From positions 512,001-576,000 of the forward strand of contig CAVYCN010000002.1 in the NCBI GenBank assembly GCA_963767005.1: a stretch of DNA of 64,000 bases. The letters are read 5' to 3'. Positions 50,784-60,338 of this stretch are shown here, one piece after another. The position numbers and the translations under genes were made by a program. Numbering within the stretch: position 1 is the first letter of the stretch; every line of letters begins with the position of its first letter. The notes beneath the pieces are model-generated. The model saw only the letters and a list, made by a program, of their open reading frames with translations, was not told the origin of the DNA and searched no databases. This DNA is from an uncultured Actinomycetes bacterium (lineage in GTDB: Bacteria; Actinomycetota; Thermoleophilia; UBA2241).

Positions 50784-52073
50784 CTAGTCGACGTCGGCCA
50801 GCGCGCCGGCCGGCCCCGGCCGGCGCGCTCCGACCTTGCCGCGCAGCAGCGCGAACAGCACGGCGCCGGTCAGGCCGACCACGAACACGATGCCGAACGT
50901 CGGCCGGCCGCCGAGCGTCTGCATGGCCCAGCCGCCGAAAGCCGGGGCGAGCGACGCGCCGCCGTTCCAGACGATCGTCCAGGCGCCGTTGTAGCGGCCG
51001 CGGATCGCCTCGGGCGCCATGTCGGACACGACGGCTGCGGCGACCGGCCCGAGCAGGACCTCACCCGCGCTCAGGACGCAGACGAGCGCGTAGAGCTCCC
51101 AGCCGCGATGGGCCAGCGCCGTGCCGCCCAGGCCGACGGCGATCAACACGCTCGAGCCGGCGAGCAGCAGCATGCGGTCGACGCCGGCGACGGCGCGCAT
51201 CGCCGGGTAGCTGAGCACGGCGACGACCGCCGCGTTCAGGGCGAGCAGCAGCGCCCAGGTCGTGTTCGACACGTGCAGGAAGCCCGTGATGTAGAGCGAG
51301 AACATGGCGCCGAACATGCCGAAGCAGAAGACCGGCAGCACCGCGACCGCGCAGAACAGCAGGAACTGGCCGTCGCCGAGCACGATCGCCCAGCCCGTAC
51401 GGCCGGCGGCATCGACGTGCCGGGCGGGGTGCCGGGCGCTCTCCGGCCGCGTCTCGCGCAGGGCCACGGCCACGAGCGCGAGGAACGCCAGGCAGCCGAC
51501 GGCGGCGGCCAGGAACAGCTCCCGGAACGAGGCTCCCAGGCCGAGCGCGAGGCCGCCGATCGGCGGCCCGCCGACGACGCCGACGTTGATCGCGGCGCGC
51601 AGCAGGCTGAACGCGTCGGCACGGCGCTCCTCGGGCAGCAGGTCGGCGGTCATGGCATTGGCCGCCGTCTGGAACAGCGGCCAGCCGAACGCGCCCTCCA
51701 TCGCGACCAGGATCGCCACCTGCCAGGCGTTGTGCGCCGCGGCGAAGCCCACGAACCAGACCGCGGCGCTCACCCCGGCCACGAGCATCATGCTCTTGCG
51801 CCCGAAGCGGTCTGTGAGCGTGCCGCCCAGCACCTGGAAGGGCATCACCGCGAGCGTCACGAGGCCGAACACGACGCCGATCATGAGCAGCGAGATGTGC
51901 AGCGTCTGGCGCATGTACAGACCCTCGAACGGAAAGCCGAGGGCGGCGACGCCCGTGTAGACGAACGTGCCCACGACGAGGAGCCAGAACTGGCGCGGAA
52001 ACCCGCGCAGGCCGGTGCGCAGGCTCGCCATGCCCTCGCCGAAGCGTCCCGAAGCCCGAGTCATCTCCCCCAC
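50784..52073 (-). CDS. MFS transporter
   Basis: About 12 TM segments; GTLTDRFGRK motif A; APEAIRGRY. Start uncertain. Confidence 0.9.
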   Translation of the reverse strand: MGEMTRASGRFGEGMASLRTGLRGFPRQFWLLVVGTFVYTGVAALGFPFEGLYMRQTLHISLLMIGVVFGLVTLAVMPFQVLGGTLTDRFGRKSMMLVAGVSAAVWFVGFAAAHNAWQVAILVAMEGAFGWPLFQTAANAMTADLLPEERRADAFSLLRAAINVGVVGGPPIGGLALGLGASFRELFLAAAVGCLAFLALVAVALRETRPESARHPARHVDAAGRTGWAIVLGDGQFLLFCAVAVLPVFCFGMFGAMFSLYITGFLHVSNTTWALLLALNAAVVAVLSYPAMRAVAGVDRMLLLAGSSVLIAVGLGGTALAHRGWELYALVCVLSAGEVLLGPVAAAVVSDMAPEAIRGRYNGAWTIVWNGGASLAPAFGGWAMQTLGGRPTFGIVFVVGLTGAVLFALLRGKVGARRPGPAGALADVD

Positions 52074-52168
52074 TTCTGCCGCGGCGACGGTCGCCCGTGC
52101 GGCCGCCGCCCGGCCCCATGGTATCGGACGCGAGGGGGGCCGGGCGAGCGTGAGCGGTCCGCCCCGTG

Positions 52169-52203
52169 TTGACCGTGCCGCCGTATTTGGCTAGCTTCCA
52201 CTC
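52169..52203 (+). promoter_or_regulatory. sigma70 promoter giving a leaderless mRNA
   Basis: TTGACC-17 nt-TAGCTT, then 6 nt to ATG 52204; no SD. Confidence 0.65.
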
Positions 52204-53298
52204 ATGTACTTGAGCGTGCAGCTCGCGGCGCGCCGGCTCGGCGTCTCACCCCATACCATCCGTCGCTGGACGGCGTCGGGCTTCCTGCCGTGCACCCGGA
52301 CGGCCGGCGGCCACCGTCGCATCCGGCGCGAGGACGTCGACGAGCTCGCCGGCCTCATCCACGACGGCGACCACCTGAGCGCCCGCATCGCCCGGGAGCG
52401 CGAGCTCGAGACGCTGGTCGAGACCTCGATCGCCCTCACCAGTCGCCTCGACCTGCCTGAGCTGCTCGTCGAGATCGCGCGCCGCATGACCGCCCTGCTC
52501 GACTGCCACTTCTGTGCCATCTCCGACTACGACGAGCGCTCCGACACCGTACGCGTGCTGGCCGACTTCGACCGTCACGGGCGGCGCGTGGCCGACTGGC
52601 AGCCCTACACCCTCAAGGACTTCCCTTTCACCAAGCGCCTCATGGCCGAGCAGGAGCTGGGCGTCATCAACGTGAGCGACCCGCGCGCCGACCCCGCCGA
52701 GACCGCCATCATGCGCCACTGGGACGACAAGGCGCTGCTCCTCGTCCCCCTTGTCTACCACGAGCATCCCGTGGGCCTGCTCGAGGTCCTGGACGGGCTG
52801 CGGGAACGCCGCTTCACCCGCCAGGAGCTGCGCCTCGCCCGGGCGCTCGCCGGCCTCGCCGCGGTCGCCCTGCAGAACGCCAAGGCCTTCGGCCGGCTCG
52901 CCCACGGCGAAGGCGAAGGGCGCGACCTGCAGACGGCGCTCGAGCGGACGGTCGCCGGCCTGCCGGCGCTCGCGGCCGCGAGCTCGGTCGACGACGCGCT
53001 GGCGGGAGCGGCGACGCTCGCCGCCACGGCGCTGCCGGCCGTCGCCGCCGTCGCCCGCCGCGGCGAGCTGACCGCCCAGGCCGGCGCCGGCCTCTCGGAC
53101 GGCCCCGCCGTGCCGGCGGAAGCGGCGGGCGCGCGGCCCGACCCCCGCGTGAGCACGGCCGTGGCCTCCACGCGTGGCGGCGACCTCGTCCTGACGGTCG
53201 CCCTCGACAGGCTGCCGACCGATGGTCACGCCGCCCTGGTGCGTCTCATCGCCCTGAGCGCGGCGCAGGCGGTCGACGCCGCCGCGGCGACCGCCTGA
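52204..53298 (+). CDS. BldC/excisionase-like MerR-type HTH fused to a GAF domain
   Basis: AARRLGVSPHTIRRW...RTAGGHRRI; GAF segment LLLVPLVYHEHPVGLLEV..RRFTRQELRLARALAGLAAVALQNA. Confidence 0.85.
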   Translation: MYLSVQLAARRLGVSPHTIRRWTASGFLPCTRTAGGHRRIRREDVDELAGLIHDGDHLSARIARERELETLVETSIALTSRLDLPELLVEIARRMTALLDCHFCAISDYDERSDTVRVLADFDRHGRRVADWQPYTLKDFPFTKRLMAEQELGVINVSDPRADPAETAIMRHWDDKALLLVPLVYHEHPVGLLEVLDGLRERRFTRQELRLARALAGLAAVALQNAKAFGRLAHGEGEGRDLQTALERTVAGLPALAAASSVDDALAGAATLAATALPAVAAVARRGELTAQAGAGLSDGPAVPAEAAGARPDPRVSTAVASTRGGDLVLTVALDRLPTDGHAALVRLIALSAAQAVDAAAATA

Positions 53299-53369
53299 CA
53301 CGCGGAGGCGGCGAAGGTCCACCCCTCCGGGCCGATCGCGGCCCGACACCCTGTGCTACGCTCGGCCCG

Positions 53370-56318
53370 ATGCCAGCGCCACCGCTAGAGCTCGTCGTCC
53401 TCGACACCGAGACCACCGGCCTCGACCCTGTACGTGACCGTGTCGTCGAGATCGGCGCCGCGCGCCTCGACGCCGGCCTGCGCGTCGTCGCCACCTGGGA
53501 CACCCTGGTCGACCCCGGCTGTCCGCTGCCGCTGCAGATCGCGCGGCTGACCGGCTTGAGCCCGGACGACCTCGCCGCCGCGCCGCCCTTCGGCGACGCC
53601 TACGCCGCCCTGCGCGACTTCCTGGGCGACGCCGTCGTGGTCGGTCAGAACGTCGCCTTCGACCTCGCCATGCTGGGCGCGGCGGCGGCGCGCTGCAGCG
53701 CGCCGCCGCCGCACCCGCGCGTGTTCGACACGCTCGAGGCGGCGCTGCTGCTCCTCCCCGAGCTCGACCGCCACGGTCTGAGCTCGCTCGCCCTCACGCT
53801 CGACCTCGGCGACGCGCCCCATCGCGCCCTGCCCGACGCCCTGGCGACGGCGGCCCTGCTGCGCGAGCTCGCGCGACGCGCCGCCGGCCTGTCCGACGCG
53901 GAGCGTCGCCTGCTCACGGCCGCGGCCTGGCGGCCGCTCGATCTGCTCGACACGCTGAGCGTGGCACCCGACGACCTTCCCGCGAGGCCCACGGCCGCGG
54001 CGCCAGAGCACCTTCGCGGCGTCGCTCGCCGCCCGGCCCTCACGGTGGACCGCGCCGGACCTGCCGCCGACGAGCCCCCGCCCGACGACGCCGAGCCGGC
54101 CGGCGCCGAGGCCCGTCCGGCCTCGCTGCCCTGCCGCGCCGACGGCTGGCGCGCCGCCTTTGCCGCCGACGGCGCCTTGGCGGCGGCGCTCGAGGGCTTC
54201 GCCGTCCGCCCCGGCCAGGTCGAGCTGGCCGGCGAGGTGGCCGACCTGCTCGACGGCGGCGGCCTCGCGCTCTTCGAGGCCGGCACCGGCATGGGCAAGA
54301 GCCTGGCCTATCTGCTGCCGGCTGCCTTCCGCGCGGGCGCGAGCGGCACCCGCGTCACGGTCAGCACCAAGACCAAGGCGTTGCAGCGCCAGCTCGCCGA
54401 GCGCGAGCTGCCGCTCGTCGCCTCGTGCCTGCCGGACGGCTTTCGCTGGACACTCCTCATGGGCCGCGAGAACTACGTGTGCCGCCGTCGCCTCGACGAG
54501 GCGCTCGCGAGCGCCGGCGCCGACCTGTTCGACCGCGATCGCGCTCTCGCCCTGGCCTGGCTCGCCGGCCGCCTCCGCCGCGGCCAGGTCGACGTCTCCG
54601 CGCTGCCCTTCGGCGCGACCAGCGCGCTGCCGGCCCTCGCCGAAGCCGCCCACGAACTGCGCGCCCACGCCGCGGCGTGTCTGGGCGGACGCTGCCGCGC
54701 CCGCGACGGCTGCCTCTGGCGGCGCGCTCGCGCCGCTGCCCGCGCCGCCCACCTCGTCTGCGTGAACCACGCCCTGCTGCTCGCCGGCGGCGACGCCCTG
54801 CCACCGTTCGACGACCTCGTGATCGACGAGGCCCACCTCCTGCCCGACGAGGCCGTGTCGGCCTTCACCGAGCGGGTGGACCAGGCCGCGATCGACGCGC
54901 TGCTCGACGAGGTGCGCGGCGGCCGCGGCGGCCGGCGGCCGCTGGCCGCGGTCGTTCGGCACGCGGCGAGCACGGCGCCGGCCGAGGTCGCCGCGACGCT
55001 CGAAGGCGCCGCCGTGGGCTTCGAGCGCGCCGCCACGGCCCTCCCCGGTCTCGCGGCCGACCTCGCGACGGCGCTCGAGGCGCTCGTCGCGGCGGCCGCG
55101 CCGCCGGCCGACGGCGAGGCTGCCGAGCTCTACGGTCGCACCCTGCTGCTCACGCCCGGCCTGCAGGAGCAGCCCCTGTTCGACGACGTCGCCACCGTCG
55201 GCAGCGCGCTCGGGGCCGCGCTCGCCGGCCTCGCCCGGGCATCCGCCACGGCCGCCGACGCGCTGCCCGACGAGCACCGTGAGCGGCCGCGAGCGGTCTC
55301 GGTGGGCGCCGAGGCCGCGGCTGCGGCACGCCTGCTCGACGACGCGAACCGCCCGCCACTCGCCGACGTCGTGTCGTGGGCCGAGCACGCCCGCCGGCCC
55401 GTCCGGCAGGCCGGCCGCGCCGCACGAGGCGGCTCCGTGTGGTCGCTCAACCGCGCACCGCTGTCGCCGGCTCCCCTCGTGCGCGAACGCCTGTGGGACC
55501 GGTTACGCAGCGGCGTGCTCCTGAGTGCCACGCTCGGCGTCGCCGGCTCCTTCGACTACTACCGGGGCGAGGCCGGCCTGGCCGCCGACCTGGACGTGCG
55601 CGAGCGCGTCTTCGCCTCGCCCTTCGACTACCGCCGTCAGGCGGCGCTCGTCCTCGAGCACGATCCCGCGGCGCGCTACGACGCCGCCGCGCGGCCGGCC
55701 CGCCTGGCCGCCCATCTGCGGCGCCTCACCGAGATCACCGGCGGCCGGCTGCTCGCCCTGTTCACCAACCGCCGCGAGGTCGAGGACGTGGCCGGCCGCG
55801 TCGGACCCCACGTCGAGGACGAGGGTGTCGTCCTCCTCGCTCAGGGCGTCCACGGCGGCGCGGCCGCCCTCGCCGAGGAGTTCCGCAGCCACTCGGCGAC
55901 CGTGCTGCTCGGCGTCGACGCCCTCTGGACCGGGCAGGACTTCCCCGGCGACGCCCTCGTCTGCCTGGTGATCGCACGCCTCCCCTTCCCGCGTCAGGAC
56001 GCGCGCTTCCAGGCGCGCCGGCGCGTCGCCGAGCAGGAGGGCCGCGACTGGTTCGCGTCGTTCTACCTGCCCGAGGCCGTCCTGCGTTTCCGTCAGGGGT
56101 TCGGACGCCTCATCCGCACCGAGACCGACCGGGGGGTCGTCGTGGTGCTTGACCAGCGCCTCACGCAGAAGTCGTACGAGCGCCGGTTCCTCGACAGCCT
56201 GCCGGCGCTCGACACCGTGCGGGTCGCGCCCGACGAGCTGCCGGCGGCCGTCGCGACCGCCCTCGCCCACCTGGGGGTGGAGCAGCGGTCGTCATCCGGC
56301 GCCGTGCGTCCCGGCTGA
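53370..56318 (+). CDS. dinG: DinG-family helicase with N-terminal DEDDh 3'-5' exonuclease
   Basis: LDTETTG, QNVAFD, HRALPDA; EAGTGMGKS, DEAH, Fe-S Cys (YVC..ACLGGRC..GC), SATL, QGFGRLIR. Confidence 0.92.
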   Translation: MPAPPLELVVLDTETTGLDPVRDRVVEIGAARLDAGLRVVATWDTLVDPGCPLPLQIARLTGLSPDDLAAAPPFGDAYAALRDFLGDAVVVGQNVAFDLAMLGAAAARCSAPPPHPRVFDTLEAALLLLPELDRHGLSSLALTLDLGDAPHRALPDALATAALLRELARRAAGLSDAERRLLTAAAWRPLDLLDTLSVAPDDLPARPTAAAPEHLRGVARRPALTVDRAGPAADEPPPDDAEPAGAEARPASLPCRADGWRAAFAADGALAAALEGFAVRPGQVELAGEVADLLDGGGLALFEAGTGMGKSLAYLLPAAFRAGASGTRVTVSTKTKALQRQLAERELPLVASCLPDGFRWTLLMGRENYVCRRRLDEALASAGADLFDRDRALALAWLAGRLRRGQVDVSALPFGATSALPALAEAAHELRAHAAACLGGRCRARDGCLWRRARAAARAAHLVCVNHALLLAGGDALPPFDDLVIDEAHLLPDEAVSAFTERVDQAAIDALLDEVRGGRGGRRPLAAVVRHAASTAPAEVAATLEGAAVGFERAATALPGLAADLATALEALVAAAAPPADGEAAELYGRTLLLTPGLQEQPLFDDVATVGSALGAALAGLARASATAADALPDEHRERPRAVSVGAEAAAAARLLDDANRPPLADVVSWAEHARRPVRQAGRAARGGSVWSLNRAPLSPAPLVRERLWDRLRSGVLLSATLGVAGSFDYYRGEAGLAADLDVRERVFASPFDYRRQAALVLEHDPAARYDAAARPARLAAHLRRLTEITGGRLLALFTNRREVEDVAGRVGPHVEDEGVVLLAQGVHGGAAALAEEFRSHSATVLLGVDALWTGQDFPGDALVCLVIARLPFPRQDARFQARRRVAEQEGRDWFASFYLPEAVLRFRQGFGRLIRTETDRGVVVVLDQRLTQKSYERRFLDSLPALDTVRVAPDELPAAVATALAHLGVEQRSSSGAVRPG

Positions 56319-56330
56319 CGCCGGCTGATC

Positions 56331-56518
56331 GTTGCGCGCCTCGTCCGGCAGTCGACTTCGTCGGCGCCGCTCAGGCGGGCGTGACTACGTTGCGCGCCTA
56401 GTCCGGCGATCGACTTCGTCGGCGCCGCTCAGGCAGGCGTGACTACGTTGCGCGCCTAGTCCGGCGATCGACTTCGTCGGCGCCGCTCAGGCAGGCGTGG
56501 CTGCGCTGCGCGCCTAGT
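56331..56518. repeat. 58-bp tandem hairpin repeat, about 3.2 copies
   Basis: Units start at 56331, 56389, 56447 and 56505 (partial); consensus GTTGCGCGCCTAGTCCGGCGATCGACTTCGTCGGCGCCGCTCAGGCAGGCGTGACTAC; no spacers. Confidence 0.92.
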
Positions 56519-56981
56519 GCTTGCGGCCGCCGCGGCGCTGCGGCGCGCGACGGGCGCCGCCCTTGGCGGGGCGTCCGCTCTGGCCTCCGCTACGCTCCCG
56601 TGAGACGTAGGGGTCGGCGGGCGCGTCGCCGGTCGTCATCTTCAGGGCGACAGCCCTGGTGCGCTGGCCGCAGCGCGGGCAGGTGAGCGACTTCCAGGTG
56701 TGGTAGGTGCCGTCCGGGTTGCGGCCCACCCCGGAAAAGGTCAGAAGGTTGACGACCGTCGGCGCCCGGAAGGCGTGGCCGCAGTTGCCACAGCGATACG
56801 AGTAGGTGCGCGAGAAGGCGCGCACCAGCATGAGCGTCAGCAGCAGCATGATGAGGACCGTGAAGGCCAGGCCCCAGCGCGGGTAGATGAACATGACGAC
56901 GAAGGCGAACGCCACGCCGAAACCGAGGGCGATCCCGATGCGGTAGAGCGCTTCGCGCGGGTTGTAGCGGGACGGACTCAC
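56514..56981 (-). CDS. Small 2-TM protein with CxxC...CxxC zinc ribbon and basic tail
   Basis: Two hydrophobic helices, YRCGNCGH...LTCPRCGQ; GTG 56981 just after the permease stop. Confidence 0.75.
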   Translation of the reverse strand: MSPSRYNPREALYRIGIALGFGVAFAFVVMFIYPRWGLAFTVLIMLLLTLMLVRAFSRTYSYRCGNCGHAFRAPTVVNLLTFSGVGRNPDGTYHTWKSLTCPRCGQRTRAVALKMTTGDAPADPYVSRERSGGQSGRPAKGGARRAPQRRGGRKH

Positions 56982-56988
56982 GTGAGCA

Positions 56989-58080
56989 TCACTCCCAGCG
57001 GAAGAAACGGACGGACAATACGAAGAAGAAGCCGGTAACGACCGCCAGGATGAGGATATCCCAGCGCACCGCCCACAGCGCAAAACCCTTGACCATGACG
57101 TCGCGCATGGCGTTGGCGAGGTAGTAGAGCGGCATCGCCTTGACCACCGGCTGGATCCAGGCGGGCGCATTGTTCATGGGAAAGAAGATGCCGGACAGGA
57201 ACATCATGGGCGTGCCGATCACCTGACCCAGGGCGGCGGCGATCTCGGCGTTGTGCGAGACGGCCGCCACGAAGAAGCCGATCGACACGAACCCCCCCGA
57301 GCCGAGCAGGGCGAGCACCGCCATGCGCTCGAGGGTCGGACCACTCGCCATGTGCACGTGGAACATGCCCACGCCCACGGCGATCACCAGGGCGGCCTGG
57401 ATGAGCGCGAGGAACAGGTGGACCAGCACGCGCGAGCCGACGAAGCTCGGCAGCGGCATCGGCGTCGCCTTGAGGCGCCGCAGCACGCCGCGCTGGCGGT
57501 AGGTGACGAAGGTGCCGGAGACCCCGTAGATGCCGTTCGTCATGAGCGCCATGGCGACCACGCCGGGCACGAGGAAGCTGATGTAGTTGAAGCTCGAGCT
57601 CGCGATGCCTTGCGAGGTGAGCTCGAACTTCGGCTGCGAGCCGGTCGCCCGGTCCGAGAACTGGGTCATCACCGTCTGGGTGACCATCGTCACCGTGCCG
57701 GCCTGTGACAGCGACGTGTTGTCGTAGTAGAAGGGCAGGTGGGCGACGCTGCTCGCAAAGCTCTTCTCGAGGCCGGCCGGCAGCACGAGCACCGCCGCGT
57801 AGTCGCCGTTTCTGAGCGAGTGGAGCGCCCGCTGCCTGCCGGTCACCTCGGAGACCTGCAGCGCGTCGACCTTCTGGAAGGCGCCGACCAGGGCGCTGGC
57901 CATCGGCCCGTGGTCCTGATCGACGATCGCCAGCTTGGTGGTGAACGAGCCCGACTGGCCGAACACGACGCCCAGCAGGAACATCAGCAGGACCGGGAAG
58001 AAGAACGTCCAGAACAGCGCCTGGCGATTGCGCACGGTGATCTGGACGTCGGACTTCACGAAGTCCCAGAAGGTGCGCAT
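56989..58080 (-). CDS. ABC-2 type exporter permease
   Basis: FWTFFFP, FLVPG, LRRLKATP, FLSGIFFP, MPLYY, FFRWE. Confidence 0.93.
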   Translation of the reverse strand: MRTFWDFVKSDVQITVRNRQALFWTFFFPVLLMFLLGVVFGQSGSFTTKLAIVDQDHGPMASALVGAFQKVDALQVSEVTGRQRALHSLRNGDYAAVLVLPAGLEKSFASSVAHLPFYYDNTSLSQAGTVTMVTQTVMTQFSDRATGSQPKFELTSQGIASSSFNYISFLVPGVVAMALMTNGIYGVSGTFVTYRQRGVLRRLKATPMPLPSFVGSRVLVHLFLALIQAALVIAVGVGMFHVHMASGPTLERMAVLALLGSGGFVSIGFFVAAVSHNAEIAAALGQVIGTPMMFLSGIFFPMNNAPAWIQPVVKAMPLYYLANAMRDVMVKGFALWAVRWDILILAVVTGFFFVLSVRFFRWE

Positions 58081-59088
58081 CTACCGGCCTCTCCCCCAGC
58101 CGAAACGCCGCTTCTTGGGCGCGGCCGCGGCCTCTTCCTCGTCGTCGCTCAGCTTGCGCCCGGTCATGCTGAGGAAGACGTCCTCGAGGTCGGCGCCCTT
58201 TACGTCGAGGTGCGCGACCCGCAGGCCGCGGGTCCGGGCGAGGTCCAGCAGCGAGACCACCGTGCGCTGGGCGTCGTCGGCGATCACCTCGTAGCCGTTC
58301 TCGACGGCCCGGCAGGCGGTGGCGCCGTCGAGGTCGCATAGGTCGTCGGCCGCCATCCGCTGGCTCAGGTCGAACCGCACCGTGGCCTCGGTGCCGAGCT
58401 GCGTGATCAGCGCGCGCGGCGCGTCGAGGGCCATGACGCGGCCGCGGTCCATCACGGCGACGCGATCGCACAGACGCTCGGCCTCCTCCATGTAGTGCGT
58501 CGTCAGGACAACGGTCGTGCCGTCGCGGTTGATCTCGCCGATCACGTCCCAGAGCGCCCGCCGGGCGCGCGGGTCGAGCCCGGTGGTGGGCTCGTCGAGG
58601 AAGGTGACGACCGGGTCATTGACGAGCGCCAGGGCGATCGAGAGGCGCTGCGCCTGGCCGCCGGACAGCTCGCTGGCGAAGGCATCGGTCTTCTCGGCGA
58701 GGCCGACCCGGTCGAGCAGCGCGACGCAGTCGCGCCGCTCACGGTAGATGCCGTAGCAGGAGCCGAAGATGTAGATGATCTCGTGGAGCCGCTGGTAGTC
58801 GAACAGGGCGGTCGCCTGGAGCTGCACGCCGATGCGTCGCTTGACGGCGGTCGGGTCAGGCCAGACCGGCAGGCCGTCGACCGTCACCTCGCCGCCGTCG
58901 GGCCGCCGCAGCCCCTCGACCATCTCCAGGGTGGTCGTCTTGCCGGCGCCGTTGGGGCCGAGGATGCCGAAGATCTCGCCGCGCTGCACGGCGAGCGAGA
59001 TGGCGTCGACCGCCACCAGGTCGCCGTAGCGCTTGGTCAGGCCGCTGACGCGGATGACGTCGGGATCGTCGGGCGTGATGGTGACCAG
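58081..59088 (-). CDS. ABC-2 exporter ATPase; probable CTG start
   Basis: [36 protein letters not shown]. The conserved VIRVSGLTKRYG lies upstream of the ORF-track start; SD GAGGAG precedes CTG 59088. Confidence 0.92.
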   Translation of the reverse strand: MVTITPDDPDVIRVSGLTKRYGDLVAVDAISLAVQRGEIFGILGPNGAGKTTTLEMVEGLRRPDGGEVTVDGLPVWPDPTAVKRRIGVQLQATALFDYQRLHEIIYIFGSCYGIYRERRDCVALLDRVGLAEKTDAFASELSGGQAQRLSIALALVNDPVVTFLDEPTTGLDPRARRALWDVIGEINRDGTTVVLTTHYMEEAERLCDRVAVMDRGRVMALDAPRALITQLGTEATVRFDLSQRMAADDLCDLDGATACRAVENGYEVIADDAQRTVVSLLDLARTRGLRVAHLDVKGADLEDVFLSMTGRKLSDDEEEAAAAPKKRRFGWGRGR

Positions 59089-59186
59089 CGTCGCTCCTCG
59101 TGGCGCTCTCGTTCGTGCGGGTCACCGTCGAGTATACCGGCGTCGCTTGCCGCGGCGCACGCATCGGGACGGCCGGGCGTGGACGA

Positions 59187-60338
59187 TCAGGCGCGCGGCG
59201 GCTCGGGCGGCGCCGGCGGCGGACCGGGCGGCGCCGCTGGCGGCGCCGGCGGCTGCGAACGGCTCCAGGGCGGAGGCTCGCTCACCCAGGGTCGCGGCTG
59301 CTCGGGCTGCGCGCCGGGCGGCGACGCCTGTTGCGGCGCTCCGCTCGGAGCGCCGGACGGCGGCGCGGAGGGCGGCGACCCTGGTGCCGCGTAGGGCGGC
59401 GGGCCGTACGGGGCGACCCCGGGTGGCGGCTGCGTGGAGGGGGCCCAGCCGGAAGCGGCCGGCGGGCCGTACGGGCCCCGCCCTCCCGCCGGCGCGTACG
59501 GCGGCGGACCGTACGGCCCCGCGGCGGGCGGCGCGTACGGCGGCGGCCCAGCCGGGGCGGAGTACGGCGCGGGTCCTGTCGCGCCCCAGGCCGGCTGCCA
59601 GGGTCCGAACGACCACGAGTAGACCACCCCGCCCTGCCAGGCCGCCGACGGACCGGGGAAGCTCGAGGGCAGGGCCCCACCCCCACCGCTCGCCTGCAGG
59701 TACATCGAGGAGTAGGCGGCGAACTGCCACGGCGTGAGGACCACGGCAGCGACGAGACCGCCGATGCCGAACGTCACGGAGCTCAGCAAGCTGTTCGCCA
59801 TGCCGGCGATGAAGCCGACCAGGAAGATGGCCAGGAAGGTGATCCAGAAGCCGCTGCCCGAGACGAGCTCGCGGCTGGCCCTGAGCGCGTCGACCACGCC
59901 GAGCCGGCGGTCGGCCATGAGCGGCAGCCAGTAGACCCAGACGGTCCCGAGGTAGGCCGCCACGAACGCGGCGGCGATGGCGGCGATCATCGTCAGGAAG
60001 ATACCGAAGGCGCGTGCGCCGGAGTCGCGCACGACGAGCAGCAGCAGCGGCGCGCCGACGACGACGGCGAAAGCCAGAGCGACACCGACGAACAGCAGGT
60101 AGGCGAGCAGGAACGCGCCGATCCGATCGCAGCAGTCGAACACGTTGCGCATCTCGGGCTTGCGCCCCTCGCGCACGCGGCGCAGCATCATCAGGTAAAG
60201 GCCGGCGCACAGGGGCGCGGCCAGGATGCCGACGGTGACGACAGACAGGGCGAGCGTGATCAGGGCGCCCAGTATGAGTACGCCCCAGTCCTTGGTGAAG
60301 ATCACCCACGAGTCCTTGAGGACCCGGCCGATGTCCAT
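59187..60338 (-). CDS. Integral membrane protein with long Pro/Gly/Tyr-rich C-terminal tail
   Basis: MDIGRVLKDSW, about 5 TM segments, VDALRASRELV; tail of GPYGPP/PPYAP repeats. Confidence 0.8.
   Translation of the reverse strand: MDIGRVLKDSWVIFTKDWGVLILGALITLALSVVTVGILAAPLCAGLYLMMLRRVREGRKPEMRNVFDCCDRIGAFLLAYLLFVGVALAFAVVVGAPLLLLVVRDSGARAFGIFLTMIAAIAAAFVAAYLGTVWVYWLPLMADRRLGVVDALRASRELVSGSGFWITFLAIFLVGFIAGMANSLLSSVTFGIGGLVAAVVLTPWQFAAYSSMYLQASGGGGALPSSFPGPSAAWQGGVVYSWSFGPWQPAWGATGPAPYSAPAGPPPYAPPAAGPYGPPPYAPAGGRGPYGPPAASGWAPSTQPPPGVAPYGPPPYAAPGSPPSAPPSGAPSGAPQQASPPGAQPEQPRPWVSEPPPWSRSQPPAPPAAPPGPPPAPPEPPRA

Noticed and set aside
52204-52360. Phage or ICE excisionase
   Set aside because: The HTH is fused to a GAF domain and no mobile-element genes are nearby; better read as a regulator.
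53370-56318. Type IV CRISPR-associated or defence DinG
   Set aside because: Exonuclease-DinG fusion is the housekeeping architecture, and there are no cas or defence neighbours.
56331-56518. CRISPR array
   Set aside because: Units are contiguous 58-mers with no unique spacers, and there are no cas genes in the window.
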